NCBI GenBank assembly: GCA_030699125.1
Contig: JAUYKM010000016.1
Location: forward strand, 12,845-76,844
Reading direction: 5' to 3'
Origin: Candidatus Daviesbacteria bacterium
GTDB lineage: Bacteria > Patescibacteriota > Microgenomatia > Daviesbacterales > UBA10151
Length of the DNA stretch: 64,000 bases
Part shown: piece after piece, positions 47,821-57,181 of the stretch
How positions within the stretch are numbered: position 1 is the stretch's first letter
How the letters are laid out: the number at the start of each line of letters is the position of its first letter
Program-made: the position numbers and the translations under genes
Notes under the pieces: generated by a model
Databases searched by the model: none
Seen by the model: the letters and a program-made list of their open reading frames with translations, nothing else
Told to the model about the DNA's origin: nothing

Positions 47821-49703
47821 TCTCCTAAAGTCCTCCCTGAATCTGTGGCTGGGGTATAAACATCCTTTATTAAATTATTTTTATCTTCAGAAAAATACCA
47901 CCTGAAAGCTTCTTTCACTATTGGAGCTGCCACAGAGGACCCTTCTCCTCCGCCCTCTATTAAAACTGTCATAGCAATTTTCGGATTGTCTGAAGGTCCA
48001 TAAGCTGTATACCAGGCATGAGTTTTATCATCAGGATCTCCATATTCTGCAGTTCCTGTTTTACCTGCTGTGGCAATTGGAAAAGTGAAAAAGGGCCAGG
48101 CAGTACCGCCTGAGGCTGGTACTTGCTCCAATCCTTCTTGAATAGTTTTAATGTGATTTTCTGAAATTAATTTGGACGTCAAAATTTGCGGGTCAAAATC
48201 TCTGGCTAAGAAGTCTCTACTTTCAATTTTATCAAGCAGTTGGGGTTTATAAAGCTCACCATTGGCAGCGATATATGATGTTATTCCCAAAATCTGCAGC
48301 GGGGTACTCAAGACAAAACCCTGTCCAATTGCCATATGCAGGGTATCTCCTGGATACCAGATAGTATCAAAAGTTTTTATTTTCCACTCCTCATCCGGCA
48401 CCAATCCTTCTACCTCTGTCGGCAAATCTATTCCCAATTTCTTTCCCAAATATAATTTTTTGGCCCAATCTATAATTGGCTCTTTACCAATCTTTATGCT
48501 GGCTTCATAAAAATAAATGTCGTTAGAGCGCCTTAGTGCCTTAACCAAATTAACTGCTCCCTCGGTCCTACCGTACTGATTAAAATACCAATTGGAAAAT
48601 TTAAAGGTTCCTAAATATAATACTCCGTTATCCAAAAATGTGGTCTCCGGTGTAATTTTGCCTGAATCCAGTGCTGCCAATGAAGAGACAATCTTAAAAG
48701 TAGATCCGGGCGGATAGGTACCGCCAGTGACTCTATTTAGAATGGGAAAATTTGGGTCACTCAGAACTCCGGCAATCTTATCTTCATATTCAGACTTTGT
48801 AAAAAAATTGGGATTGAAAGAGGGAAATGAAGCCAAAGCCAGAATCTGACCGCTATTGGGATCAGAAACTACAACCGCACCACAACAGCCCCCTGATTCT
48901 TTTAAATAATTATCCATCAGCTCATAAATTTTTTTTTGCAAATCGCTATCAATTGTGAGGTAAATATTTTGACCGGGGATGGGAGAATTTTTCCTCAAGG
49001 TTCTCACCTTTTTCCCTGTTGAATCAACTTCAATAATTTCGCCGCCATCTTTGCCTCTTAGGTATCTCTCGTACTGTGCTTCAATGCCCTCCTGCCCAAC
49101 TCTGTCTCCCAATCGATAATCTGAATAACTTTCACTTAATAGCTGCTGGGGAGAAATTTCTCCCACATAGCCTATGACATGGGCCATCATCTCACTCATC
49201 GGATATGTTCTGACATTATCTACCTCCAAATGCTGAGCTCTGGGATCATTTTTGACTTCCAACTCCAAAGCTTGCTCCCTGGAAATTAATCTTGATTTTT
49301 TTCCGTCGGCGGGCGGATCCTCATCAATCAATCTAAAGGCAGGTGAGGCGGCTGCCAGAATTTTGCCATTTCGATCAAAAATCACCCCCCTGGGAGCATG
49401 GGTAATTTTAATTTGAATTCTATTACCATCTGCCAATTCTTTATTTATTTTGCCAGAAACTATTTGCAGATGAAAAATTCTCACAAAAAGCATAAAGAAA
49501 ATAACAAGCAATACAGTCTGAACTGTGGTAATTTTCCAGGGATTGATTTCTGAACCTTCCTGAGAATGCTCGGAATCAAAATTGGGAATTAACTGCTCTT
49601 TCCAGTCATCTTCCTGATCGTTCTTATAAGATTTAGTTTTTAGATTAATCTTTTGGACTGAATCAGAAAAAACAAATCCCAAAGATCTTTTTTTTCTTTT
49701 CAT
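47817..49703 (-). CDS. mrdA: Penicillin-binding protein 2
   Basis: APRGVIFDRNG, PGSTFK (SxxK), SND (SxN-like) and KTGTAE; follows mreCD. Confidence 0.93.
   Translation of the reverse strand: MKRKKRSLGFVFSDSVQKINLKTKSYKNDQEDDWKEQLIPNFDSEHSQEGSEINPWKITTVQTVLLVIFFMLFVRIFHLQIVSGKINKELADGNRIQIKITHAPRGVIFDRNGKILAAASPAFRLIDEDPPADGKKSRLISREQALELEVKNDPRAQHLEVDNVRTYPMSEMMAHVIGYVGEISPQQLLSESYSDYRLGDRVGQEGIEAQYERYLRGKDGGEIIEVDSTGKKVRTLRKNSPIPGQNIYLTIDSDLQKKIYELMDNYLKESGGCCGAVVVSDPNSGQILALASFPSFNPNFFTKSEYEDKIAGVLSDPNFPILNRVTGGTYPPGSTFKIVSSLAALDSGKITPETTFLDNGVLYLGTFKFSNWYFNQYGRTEGAVNLVKALRRSNDIYFYEASIKIGKEPIIDWAKKLYLGKKLGIDLPTEVEGLVPDEEWKIKTFDTIWYPGDTLHMAIGQGFVLSTPLQILGITSYIAANGELYKPQLLDKIESRDFLARDFDPQILTSKLISENHIKTIQEGLEQVPASGGTAWPFFTFPIATAGKTGTAEYGDPDDKTHAWYTAYGPSDNPKIAMTVLIEGGGEGSSVAAPIVKEAFRWYFSEDKNNLIKDVYTPATDSGRTLGE
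49302..49317. repeat. Family E palindrome, in frame in mrdA
   Basis: TCCGTCGGCGGGCGGA; encodes PPADG. Confidence 0.55.
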
Positions 49704-50152
49704 GGATTAATTTTAAGCTTAATTTCTTTTTTAACTATAAATCTTTCTTCCCATATTCTTAAAACAAAATAAACAGGTAAGGTAACGGCAGTTTCTATAA
49801 TAATTATCCATGATAGAGAAATTGCCTTATTAGTAATTAGGGAGATTAATATCTGCTCAAATAAAAGCATCGTCAAAGTTAAGGGAATGATTAATAAAAA
49901 ATGTTTGGCTAATCGGCTGTGAGATAGCAAATGAACCAATTCAATAATGACTAAATAAACAATACTCAAAAGCCCCAATGGCAAAAGGCTCAAGTGAGAA
50001 ATCAATAAACCAAAGATAAATCCTAAATAGAGATTATTTCTCTCCTCTTTTATAAAAGCCCTGGCAATCAGTATTATTAGAACTAGGTTAAACGGCACAA
50101 TTGTTGTTTGCAAAAACGATAAGAATAATAAAACACTTACTAAAATTTTCAT
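49700..50152 (-). CDS. mreD: Rod shape-determining protein MreD-like
   Basis: Polytopic membrane protein between mreC and pbp2. Confidence 0.75.
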   Translation of the reverse strand: MKILVSVLLFLSFLQTTIVPFNLVLIILIARAFIKEERNNLYLGFIFGLLISHLSLLPLGLLSIVYLVIIELVHLLSHSRLAKHFLLIIPLTLTMLLFEQILISLITNKAISLSWIIIIETAVTLPVYFVLRIWEERFIVKKEIKLKINP

Positions 50153-50154
50153 CT

Positions 50155-50943
50155 TTATTGATTAATTACAAAAACCAACTCCAGATCTCCGATGTCAAAA
50201 ACATACTTCACCTTAGCTTGTTTAAAAACTTCATTTTCGTTTTCCAAAATTTGGGTCACCTGGCCCAAAATTAACCCTCTGGGAATAAAACTTTCTGTCC
50301 CTTCCGAATAAACCAGGTCACCTATTTTAACTGGTTCTTCATGTAAAATTTTATCCAAAATAAGCTCTGTACCAAATTGTCCCAATAAGACCCCTTTAGC
50401 TTTTCCTTCCAAGCTTTGGGTAAAGGCTGCTACTTTGGAATCCGGGTCGGATAGAAGCTCTATATTTGAGCTATTTTGATTAATCTGAATAATTTTACCA
50501 ATATAATTATCTTTAAAAATAACTGGTTGTCCTAAATTTAGTCCGGCATTTAATCCCTGATCTATTTTAAGATATCTACCTAATCCAATGGGTCTGGCAG
50601 GCAGAAGATTATAAGTTCTACGATCAATACTTTCCTGCTGAGTTAGAAGCGCTTTGGATTCTGCCAATTCTTTTCTAAGAGATGCATTTTCTGAAAGTAG
50701 TTGTCCAATTTGTTCTTTAAGGGCCAAATTTTGCTGTCCTGCTTCTCTGGCAGAGAAAATAAAATAAAATTGCCTGTCAATATTCTGATAACTCCTATAA
50801 ATCCCAAATGAAATGGGATTGGTTACAAAAGATACCATTCTTTGAGGGATAGCAAATAATCTGAAGGAGTCCAAAAGAAGAATTACCAGGGAAAACAATA
50901 CTAAAATCAGGAAAAGCTGTAAATGAGGAGTGGACTTTATCAT
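50155..50943 (-). CDS. mreC: Rod shape-determining protein MreC
   Basis: TM, coiled coil, IDQG, GDLVYSEG and IPRGLILGQV; start chosen from a -10 box 7 nt upstream. Confidence 0.9.
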   Translation of the reverse strand: MIKSTPHLQLFLILVLFSLVILLLDSFRLFAIPQRMVSFVTNPISFGIYRSYQNIDRQFYFIFSAREAGQQNLALKEQIGQLLSENASLRKELAESKALLTQQESIDRRTYNLLPARPIGLGRYLKIDQGLNAGLNLGQPVIFKDNYIGKIIQINQNSSNIELLSDPDSKVAAFTQSLEGKAKGVLLGQFGTELILDKILHEEPVKIGDLVYSEGTESFIPRGLILGQVTQILENENEVFKQAKVKYVFDIGDLELVFVINQ

Positions 50944-51012
50944 CCGCACCAATATATCATAGGATTCAGTTATTGACAAAGATTTGAATAGGGATTATAT
51001 TCTTAGGAAATT

Positions 51013-51993
51013 GTGCCCAAAAAGAAAATGCCGGAAAGACCACCATTTATAGAACAACTCAAGGCCAAATGGGATGAGGGAAAATTCGTCTGCGTGGGTC
51101 TTGATGCTGATTATGAAAAAATACCCCAACATATAGTTGCAAAGTCACGAGAGACTCTTTATAGCCGCGAGCAGATAGAAGTTTTTTCGCGGGTCACCTT
51201 TTTGAAAGAGATTGTGAATGCCACAGGAGATTTAGTCAGCGCATTTAAACCAAACAGTGCTTTTTTTGAAGATAGTCCTGAAGGGGAGGAGGCTTTAGCT
51301 GAAATTATCGAACATATCCATTTGCGTTTTCCAGGAGTACCAGTAATTGGTGATGTTAAAAGAGCAGATATTGGCGATAGTAATAGAGGTTATGCCAAAA
51401 TGGCTTTTGAAAGATATGAATTTGATGCCGTCACCACCAACCCATATTTCGGCCATGATACATATGAACCATTTTTAAAATATCCTGGTAGAGGTTTACT
51501 TATACTTTGTAAAACCACCAATAGAGATGCCGGCATGTATCAAGATGCACCAGTTAATCTCCCAGATTATCAAGAAACAGAAAAACTCAATGGTATCCCT
51601 CTTTCAGATGAGGAATATGAGTTGGCCCGCCAGGTTGCTAAAAGAGATATCGTACTCCCTCTATACTATTTGGTGGCCTTAAGGACTGCCACGCTGGCAA
51701 AGGAAAACCCCAATATTGGACTGGTGGTCGGGGCAACTCATCCGGAGGCTTTTGCACCGGTGAGAAAATTAGCACCTGATTTACCCTTCTTAATTCCGGG
51801 TATTGGGAAACAAGGGGGAGATCTGGAAAAGACCTTAAAATATGCTCCGGACAGCAAAGGTCAAGGGGTGATTATCAACTCAGGTAGCGCTATTATCTAC
51901 GCCTCATCTGGTGAAGATTTTGCGGAAGCAGCCAGAGCAGCTACTTTAAAACTCCATAATCAGATTACAGAGCTTCGTGCTAAAAATGGATAA
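51013..51993 (+). CDS. pyrF: Orotidine-5'-phosphate decarboxylase (type II)
   Basis: VCVGLD, FKPNSAFFE, DVKRADIG, VVGAT and LIPGIGKQGG motifs. Confidence 0.95.
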   Translation: MPKKKMPERPPFIEQLKAKWDEGKFVCVGLDADYEKIPQHIVAKSRETLYSREQIEVFSRVTFLKEIVNATGDLVSAFKPNSAFFEDSPEGEEALAEIIEHIHLRFPGVPVIGDVKRADIGDSNRGYAKMAFERYEFDAVTTNPYFGHDTYEPFLKYPGRGLLILCKTTNRDAGMYQDAPVNLPDYQETEKLNGIPLSDEEYELARQVAKRDIVLPLYYLVALRTATLAKENPNIGLVVGATHPEAFAPVRKLAPDLPFLIPGIGKQGGDLEKTLKYAPDSKGQGVIINSGSAIIYASSGEDFAEAARAATLKLHNQITELRAKNG

Positions 51994-52630
51994 AACATCT
52001 CAGAAAGTAGCTAAAATTTTACTTTCTATAAAAGCAGTTTCTTTAAGCCCCAAAAAACCATTTAAATATTCATCCGGTATTTTGTCCCCTGTTTATACAG
52101 ATTGTAGAATTTTGATGGCATATCCTAAAGAAAGAAAAATTATCAGGGATTTATATATCAAAGAAATTGCAAAATTGGGCAGTATAGACCTTATTGCCGC
52201 CACCGCCACAGCCGGTATTCCCCATGCTGCTTGGATTGCGGATAAACTCAACCTGCCCATGGTTTATGTCAGAGGCTCTGCCAAAGATCACGGGAAGGGA
52301 AATCAAATAGAGGGAATTGTCAAAAAAGGACAGAAAGCAGTTGTGGTAGAAGATCTCATTTCCACTGGAGAAAGCGCAGCAACCACGGCTAACGCCACCA
52401 GGGGTGCCGGCGCAAAAATTTCCCACATTATTGCCATTATTACTTATGGCATGAAAAAATCACAAAATAATTTTACAGCCAATAAACTCAAATTAATTAC
52501 TTTGACCACTTTTCAGGATGTAGTGGAAGTGGCCCAGAAAATGGGTTATATAAATAAGGAAGAAATGCCCATTATTTTAGAATGGACCAAAGACCCGCCT
52601 ACCTGGGGTAAAAATCAGGGATTTGAATGA
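51986..52630 (+). CDS. pyrE: Orotate phosphoribosyltransferase
   Basis: SGILSPVYTDCR, ATAGIPHAA and VVEDLISTG motifs. Confidence 0.96.
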   Translation: MDKTSQKVAKILLSIKAVSLSPKKPFKYSSGILSPVYTDCRILMAYPKERKIIRDLYIKEIAKLGSIDLIAATATAGIPHAAWIADKLNLPMVYVRGSAKDHGKGNQIEGIVKKGQKAVVVEDLISTGESAATTANATRGAGAKISHIIAIITYGMKKSQNNFTANKLKLITLTTFQDVVEVAQKMGYINKEEMPIILEWTKDPPTWGKNQGFE

Positions 52631-53739
52631 TTACACTTCCAGGTTTAATTGATACCCATGTCCATTTAAGAGAACCTGGGGCAACTCAAAAGGAGGATTT
52701 TGAAACAGGGACTAAGGCTGCTATTGCCGGAGGATATACTTGCATTTTGGATATGCCTAACAACCCTGAGCCTACTATAACACCTGAAGCACTCGATAAA
52801 AAAATCTCGTTGGCAGAGGAAAGAATTTATTGTGACGTTGGATTTCATTTTGGGGCTACTTTAGATTCCACTCAACATTTTAAACAGGCTAAGGATAAGC
52901 AAAGCTTGTCGCTTCGCGATAAAATTTTTGGATTAAAAGTTTATATGAACCATACCACTGGTACCTTACTCCAAGAAGATCCGCAAATTTTGCAGACTAT
53001 CTTTGAGTCTTGGCCCAAAGATAAAGTATTAATGGTTCACGCAGAAGGACCAACTTTAGAAAAGGCTATCCAACTTGCTAAGAATAACGGTAATAGGCTT
53101 CATGTTTGTCATGTCAGCTTGGCCCAAGAAGTAACCATGATTAAAAAGGCAAAATCAGATGGTTTACCTATTACCTGTGAGGTTACCTGTCATCATCTTT
53201 TTTTAACAGATGAGGATGCAAAAAAATTGGGCCCATTCGGAATGATGAGACCACCATTACCTAACAAAGAAGATCAGCAAGCTTTGTGGAATGGAATTTC
53301 AGATGGCACAGTGGATACAATTGCCTCTGATCATGCTCCCCATACCAAAGAAGAAAAAAATCCGCCAGCAGGCGGATCAATCCCAAATGGTATTCCTGGT
53401 TTGGAAACTACTCTTCCATTATTATTAACAGCTGTTAATGAAGGGAAAATAACTGTCGAAAAAGTAATTGAATTAACCAACACCAACGTAAGAAAAATTT
53501 TTAATGTCCCTCAGCAATTTGATACTGTAGTGGAAGTTGACCCAACTAAACACTATACACTAGACGCTAGACGCTTATATACTAAATGCGGCTGGACCCC
53601 ATTTGAAGAAATGAAAGTTACAGGAAAAATTAAAAGGGTTGTCTTAAGGGGACAAGTAGTTTTTGAAAATACGGAAATTGTTAATCCCCCTAAGGGTAAT
53701 GTCATCTATCCTGAAAAAATTAAACAGCAGCCGGACTAA
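52627..53739 (+). CDS. pyrC: Dihydroorotase
   Basis: DTHVHLREPG, DMPN, CEVTCHHL and ASDHAPH motifs. Confidence 0.95.
   Translation: MITLPGLIDTHVHLREPGATQKEDFETGTKAAIAGGYTCILDMPNNPEPTITPEALDKKISLAEERIYCDVGFHFGATLDSTQHFKQAKDKQSLSLRDKIFGLKVYMNHTTGTLLQEDPQILQTIFESWPKDKVLMVHAEGPTLEKAIQLAKNNGNRLHVCHVSLAQEVTMIKKAKSDGLPITCEVTCHHLFLTDEDAKKLGPFGMMRPPLPNKEDQQALWNGISDGTVDTIASDHAPHTKEEKNPPAGGSIPNGIPGLETTLPLLLTAVNEGKITVEKVIELTNTNVRKIFNVPQQFDTVVEVDPTKHYTLDARRLYTKCGWTPFEEMKVTGKIKRVVLRGQVVFENTEIVNPPKGNVIYPEKIKQQPD
53360..53377. repeat. Family E palindrome, in frame in pyrC
   Basis: ATCCGCCAGCAGGCGGAT; encodes NPPAGGS. Confidence 0.7.
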
Positions 53740-54859
53740 ATTGAGATATGATTTCTTCTTTGGTTTTTTCCTTTTGTCTAATCTGTTGCGCAAGTTTAGG
53801 ATTCCACATTGCTCCTGTTGCTGATTGGACCACATCAGCACCTGCTGCCCTATACTCCAGATAATCTTCCACATCCATTACTCCGCCTACTCCAATTATG
53901 GCAAAATCAGCATTAAGTTTTTTCTTAATTTGTTTTAACCTTTTAACCATATCCAGTCCTGCCCATTTTATAGATGCTCCACAAATTCCTGCAGTTAGCC
54001 TGCCTTCTCCCGGCAAAGCCTGATTACCATCCGCATCTAAAACTTTAGCAGGAATGGTGTTTATGGCAGAAATACCGGAAATGTAGGGCAAAATACTTTT
54101 GATAATGCCCTCCAGAAGTTCTTGTTGTTCTTTTGAAAAGTAACCAATCTTGATTAAAAGCGGTATCTCACCTATCTTCTCTTTTGTTTTTTTACAAATA
54201 TTTAAAACTGCACCCGGGGAATAACAGACAATTCCCTCATTTGCCACATTTGGACAAGACAAATTTAACTCAATTACCTTTGCTCCAGCTTCCATAGCAA
54301 ATTGTGCTGTTTTAGCAAAATCTTTATGATAATCATCATCTCTAAATCCTGCCTGGATAGTTCCTACCACAGAGGCAATCAGAAGTTGACCATTGCCTGC
54401 TGACTCGATGGCCTTTTTCATATCTTCCATCCAAACTTGCGCTTGGGGTGAGGGATTACCAAACGAGTTAGTGATACTAAAATCCTTAGCATCCTTTTCA
54501 GTATTTTTACTGGCTATTAAAGGTTTTTTTGCTCTTTGCAAAGTTAGATCTCCCTCCACATCAACAAATAAAACATTGGGGTGTTTATTGGAAGGAAACT
54601 CTATTGATCTTCTGGTTTTATAGTGGATTACATCAAAACCTTTTTCAAAGGCAGCTTTACAAAATTTGGAGTTAAGTAGCGGTCCGGATGGGATGCCAAA
54701 AGGAGTATTAATTTTAAATCCCAAAAAATTATATTTAGGCCTGTCCTGAGCGTAGTCGAAGGACTCTCTTAAATCCACTCCATCTGCCAAATCACCAAAA
54801 GGACCTTGTTCATAATTTTCATCATAACTTTTTTCAGGATCATAAAAAGGCTTATTCAT
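53720..54859 (-). CDS. pyrD: Dihydroorotate dehydrogenase-like FMN enzyme
   Basis: ELNLSCPN, AINTI and IIGVGGV motifs; adjacent to pyrFEC. Confidence 0.82.
   Translation of the reverse strand: MNKPFYDPEKSYDENYEQGPFGDLADGVDLRESFDYAQDRPKYNFLGFKINTPFGIPSGPLLNSKFCKAAFEKGFDVIHYKTRRSIEFPSNKHPNVLFVDVEGDLTLQRAKKPLIASKNTEKDAKDFSITNSFGNPSPQAQVWMEDMKKAIESAGNGQLLIASVVGTIQAGFRDDDYHKDFAKTAQFAMEAGAKVIELNLSCPNVANEGIVCYSPGAVLNICKKTKEKIGEIPLLIKIGYFSKEQQELLEGIIKSILPYISGISAINTIPAKVLDADGNQALPGEGRLTAGICGASIKWAGLDMVKRLKQIKKKLNADFAIIGVGGVMDVEDYLEYRAAGADVVQSATGAMWNPKLAQQIRQKEKTKEEIISQFSPAAV
54744..54763. repeat. Family D palindrome, in frame in pyrD
   Basis: TCCTGAGCGTAGTCGAAGGA; encodes SFDYAQD. Confidence 0.75.
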
Positions 54860-54877
54860 GACAGATATTTTAACATA

Positions 54878-55948
54878 TTATCGTAACCCTCCTGTCACTT
54901 TTACTTTTCCTAATAAATCCAAATTTTCCAATACCTCCCCACAGCCTCTGACCACTGTGGTGAGCGGATCATCTGAGATATAAACCGGAATTTTAGTTTC
55001 TTCCGCAATCTTTCTATCCAGGCCCCGAATCAAACTACCACCCCCTGCCAAATAAATACCTCTTTCTACAATATCTGTTAAAAGCTCCGGTGGAGTTTCT
55101 TCTAATACTTCATGAATAACATTAATTATTTCTGAAATCGTAGGTGATATAGCTTCTCTAATTTCCGCTGTAGTCACTTTTAGAGACTTAGGTAATCCGG
55201 TTGATAAATCCCTTCCTCTAACTACTGTGGCTAGATTATCCTCCTTACCTTCACCTAAGGGAAAGGCTGATCCGATTTCAATTTTGACATCCTCGGCAGT
55301 TTTTTCTCCAATAAGCATGCCATATCTCATCCTCATATAAGAGATAACTGCCTCATCTAACTCATCCCCTGCCACCCTTAAAGATTTATTAATCACCATA
55401 CCCCCCAGTGATATAACTGCAATCTCAGTTGTCCCTCCGCCTATATCAACTACCATTACTCCTTCCGGATCCTCAATGGGCAGTTTTGCTCCAATCGCGG
55501 CAGCCATTGGCTCTTCAATAAGATAAGCTTCCCTTGCTCCTGCTGAAATGCAGGCATCCTGGACAGCCCGTCTTTCCACCTCAGTCACTCCGGAGGGAAT
55601 CCCTATCACAATTCTGGGTCGGGGGATTTTTGGTAAGGAAAAGGTTCCCTGGGAAGGAGTCTCGTGAACTTTATGGATAAAGTAGCGAAGCATGGCCTCG
55701 GTGGTTTCAAAATCAGAGATGACCCCATCTCTTAGGGGTCTGACAGCCTCAATAGCCGCAGGGGTTCTTCCTATCATCCTTTTGGCCTCAGTTCCAATTG
55801 CCAGAATTTGTCTGGTTTTTTTATGAAGAGCTACAACAGTGGGTTCCCTAATTAAAATCCCTTTACCTTTGACTAGGACCAGAGTGTTAACAGTACCTAA
55901 ATCTATACCAATATCATGAGAGAATATTTGCCAGAGCTTTCCAAACAT
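54878..55948 (-). CDS. mreB: Rod shape-determining protein MreB
   Basis: GIDLGT, RPLRDGVI, EEPMAAAIG and VDIGGGTTE motifs. Confidence 0.97.
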   Translation of the reverse strand: MFGKLWQIFSHDIGIDLGTVNTLVLVKGKGILIREPTVVALHKKTRQILAIGTEAKRMIGRTPAAIEAVRPLRDGVISDFETTEAMLRYFIHKVHETPSQGTFSLPKIPRPRIVIGIPSGVTEVERRAVQDACISAGAREAYLIEEPMAAAIGAKLPIEDPEGVMVVDIGGGTTEIAVISLGGMVINKSLRVAGDELDEAVISYMRMRYGMLIGEKTAEDVKIEIGSAFPLGEGKEDNLATVVRGRDLSTGLPKSLKVTTAEIREAISPTISEIINVIHEVLEETPPELLTDIVERGIYLAGGGSLIRGLDRKIAEETKIPVYISDDPLTTVVRGCGEVLENLDLLGKVKVTGGLR

Positions 55949-56003
55949 GATGGGAGTTTAACATACTCTTGATTTAAAATTAAGATAAGAGTATAAACAA
56001 AAT

Positions 56004-56462
56004 ATGACAAACGGATTAGAAACAGCAAGAAATTATTTAGGTTCAGTTGTAGAAAGAACTGTAGGGTGGGCTGGCTATCAAAGAGAGCATCATTTAGAAT
56101 CTATTTCTCATCCCATTACCAATCAATCATCCCCAGTAGAGATAAAGCACAATCAAAGTCAAGCTGTGCTTACAGGTTTAACTGTAGGTTTCTTGACTCA
56201 GATTTCAGCACCTATAACTTATGAAGGCTTTAAACGATTTGCTAATATGGACACTCTACCTCTTGTGCTTATGGGTACAGGTGCAGTTGATACTTTGTCA
56301 ACAATTCCTGCTGTTATTTTTTTGAGCTATGGTCATCCAGCTGAAGCTATTCTTGTAAAACTTGCTGCCAACGCTGCAATTCATGTGGGTTTGGATCTTA
56401 TAAGAGCTGCCGCCCGTAGAATAAAAACCTTCAGACCCCCTGCAGATATTTTAGCTGTATAA
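56004..56462 (+). CDS. Hypothetical membrane protein
   Basis: 152-aa ORF with hydrophobic segments. Confidence 0.55.
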   Translation: MTNGLETARNYLGSVVERTVGWAGYQREHHLESISHPITNQSSPVEIKHNQSQAVLTGLTVGFLTQISAPITYEGFKRFANMDTLPLVLMGTGAVDTLSTIPAVIFLSYGHPAEAILVKLAANAAIHVGLDLIRAAARRIKTFRPPADILAV

Positions 56463-56522
56463 ATTGCCGTCTAAATTTTTGCAATCCTTTTGCAATCCCC
56501 ATGTATATAAACTCCATACCTC

Positions 56523-56558
56523 TATACAATTTGCCTACGGCCGTTATATTTTTGTATA
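56523..56558. promoter_or_regulatory. Imperfect 36-bp palindrome with ACGGCCGT core downstream of the PaaX-like gene
   Basis: TATACAATTTGCCT-ACGGCCGT-TATATTTTTGTATA; 24/36 identical to 57062..57097. Confidence 0.65.
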
Positions 56559-56565
56559 CTAACTT

Positions 56566-57060
56566 CTATCTTCCTAAATTTTCTGATTCCAAAACTATCA
56601 CCCAATCCTCTATCCCTACGCTTTTAATAAAATTCCTTAAAGATTCTACGCAATCTTTTTTGGTGGCCCAAACGCTTTGCTGCCAAGGGACAAAACCCCA
56701 ATTTTTAAGACTTGCCCTTAGTAAATTCCTAAGCACTCTTCTTTTTTCCGGAACATCAAAAACAACCACCCTCCATTTTCCATCCCATTTTTTGTTATCT
56801 AACTTGATACTCTCCCAAACCGCTTTCTGTCTTCCTTTGTCAGTTAATCTGTATGCTAATCTTTTATCATCTACAAAATCAATTAAACCTCTTTCCCTAA
56901 GTCTTTTTAAGGTTTGAGATAAAGATGATTTTTTAAGATCCGGATAACCATAATGGTAACGATAATGATGATAAGCAAAATCTTCAAATCTAACATATCC
57001 ATCTACACTTTTTTCTAAGGCTAAAAGGATAAAATTCCCTATACTCTTTTTTGTCCTCAT
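56566..57060 (-). CDS. PaaX-like protein (winged HTH plus Cas2/VapD-like ferredoxin domain)
   Basis: LSQTLKRLRERGLI...YRLTDKG (wHTH) and WDGKWRVVVFDVPEKRR...LR...WGF...QQSVW. Confidence 0.85.
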   Translation of the reverse strand: MRTKKSIGNFILLALEKSVDGYVRFEDFAYHHYRYHYGYPDLKKSSLSQTLKRLRERGLIDFVDDKRLAYRLTDKGRQKAVWESIKLDNKKWDGKWRVVVFDVPEKRRVLRNLLRASLKNWGFVPWQQSVWATKKDCVESLRNFIKSVGIEDWVIVLESENLGR

Positions 57061-57063
57061 ATA

Positions 57064-57095
57064 GACATTTTTACTACGGCCGTAGTAAAAATGTC
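57064..57095. promoter_or_regulatory. Perfect 32-bp palindrome over the promoter of the PaaX-like gene
   Basis: GACATTTTTACTACGG|CCGTAGTAAAAATGTC, 3 nt from the ATG and overlapping a minus-strand TTGACA. Confidence 0.8.
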
Positions 57096-57181
57096 AATTG
57101 GCCTAATCAGGCTTTTCTGTGTAAACTTAACCCTAACCACGACACTTGTAAATCAGCTTAACTGTTAATATAATCCACCCT

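Noticed and set aside
56477-56498. Tandem 11-mer TTTTGCAATCC x2
   Set aside because: Only two copies and no other instance noticed; cannot be distinguished from a chance duplication.
56523-57097. Cas2-like gene plus two 36-bp repeats read as a CRISPR-Cas locus
   Set aside because: Only two imperfect copies with a whole gene between them; no spacer array and no cas1.
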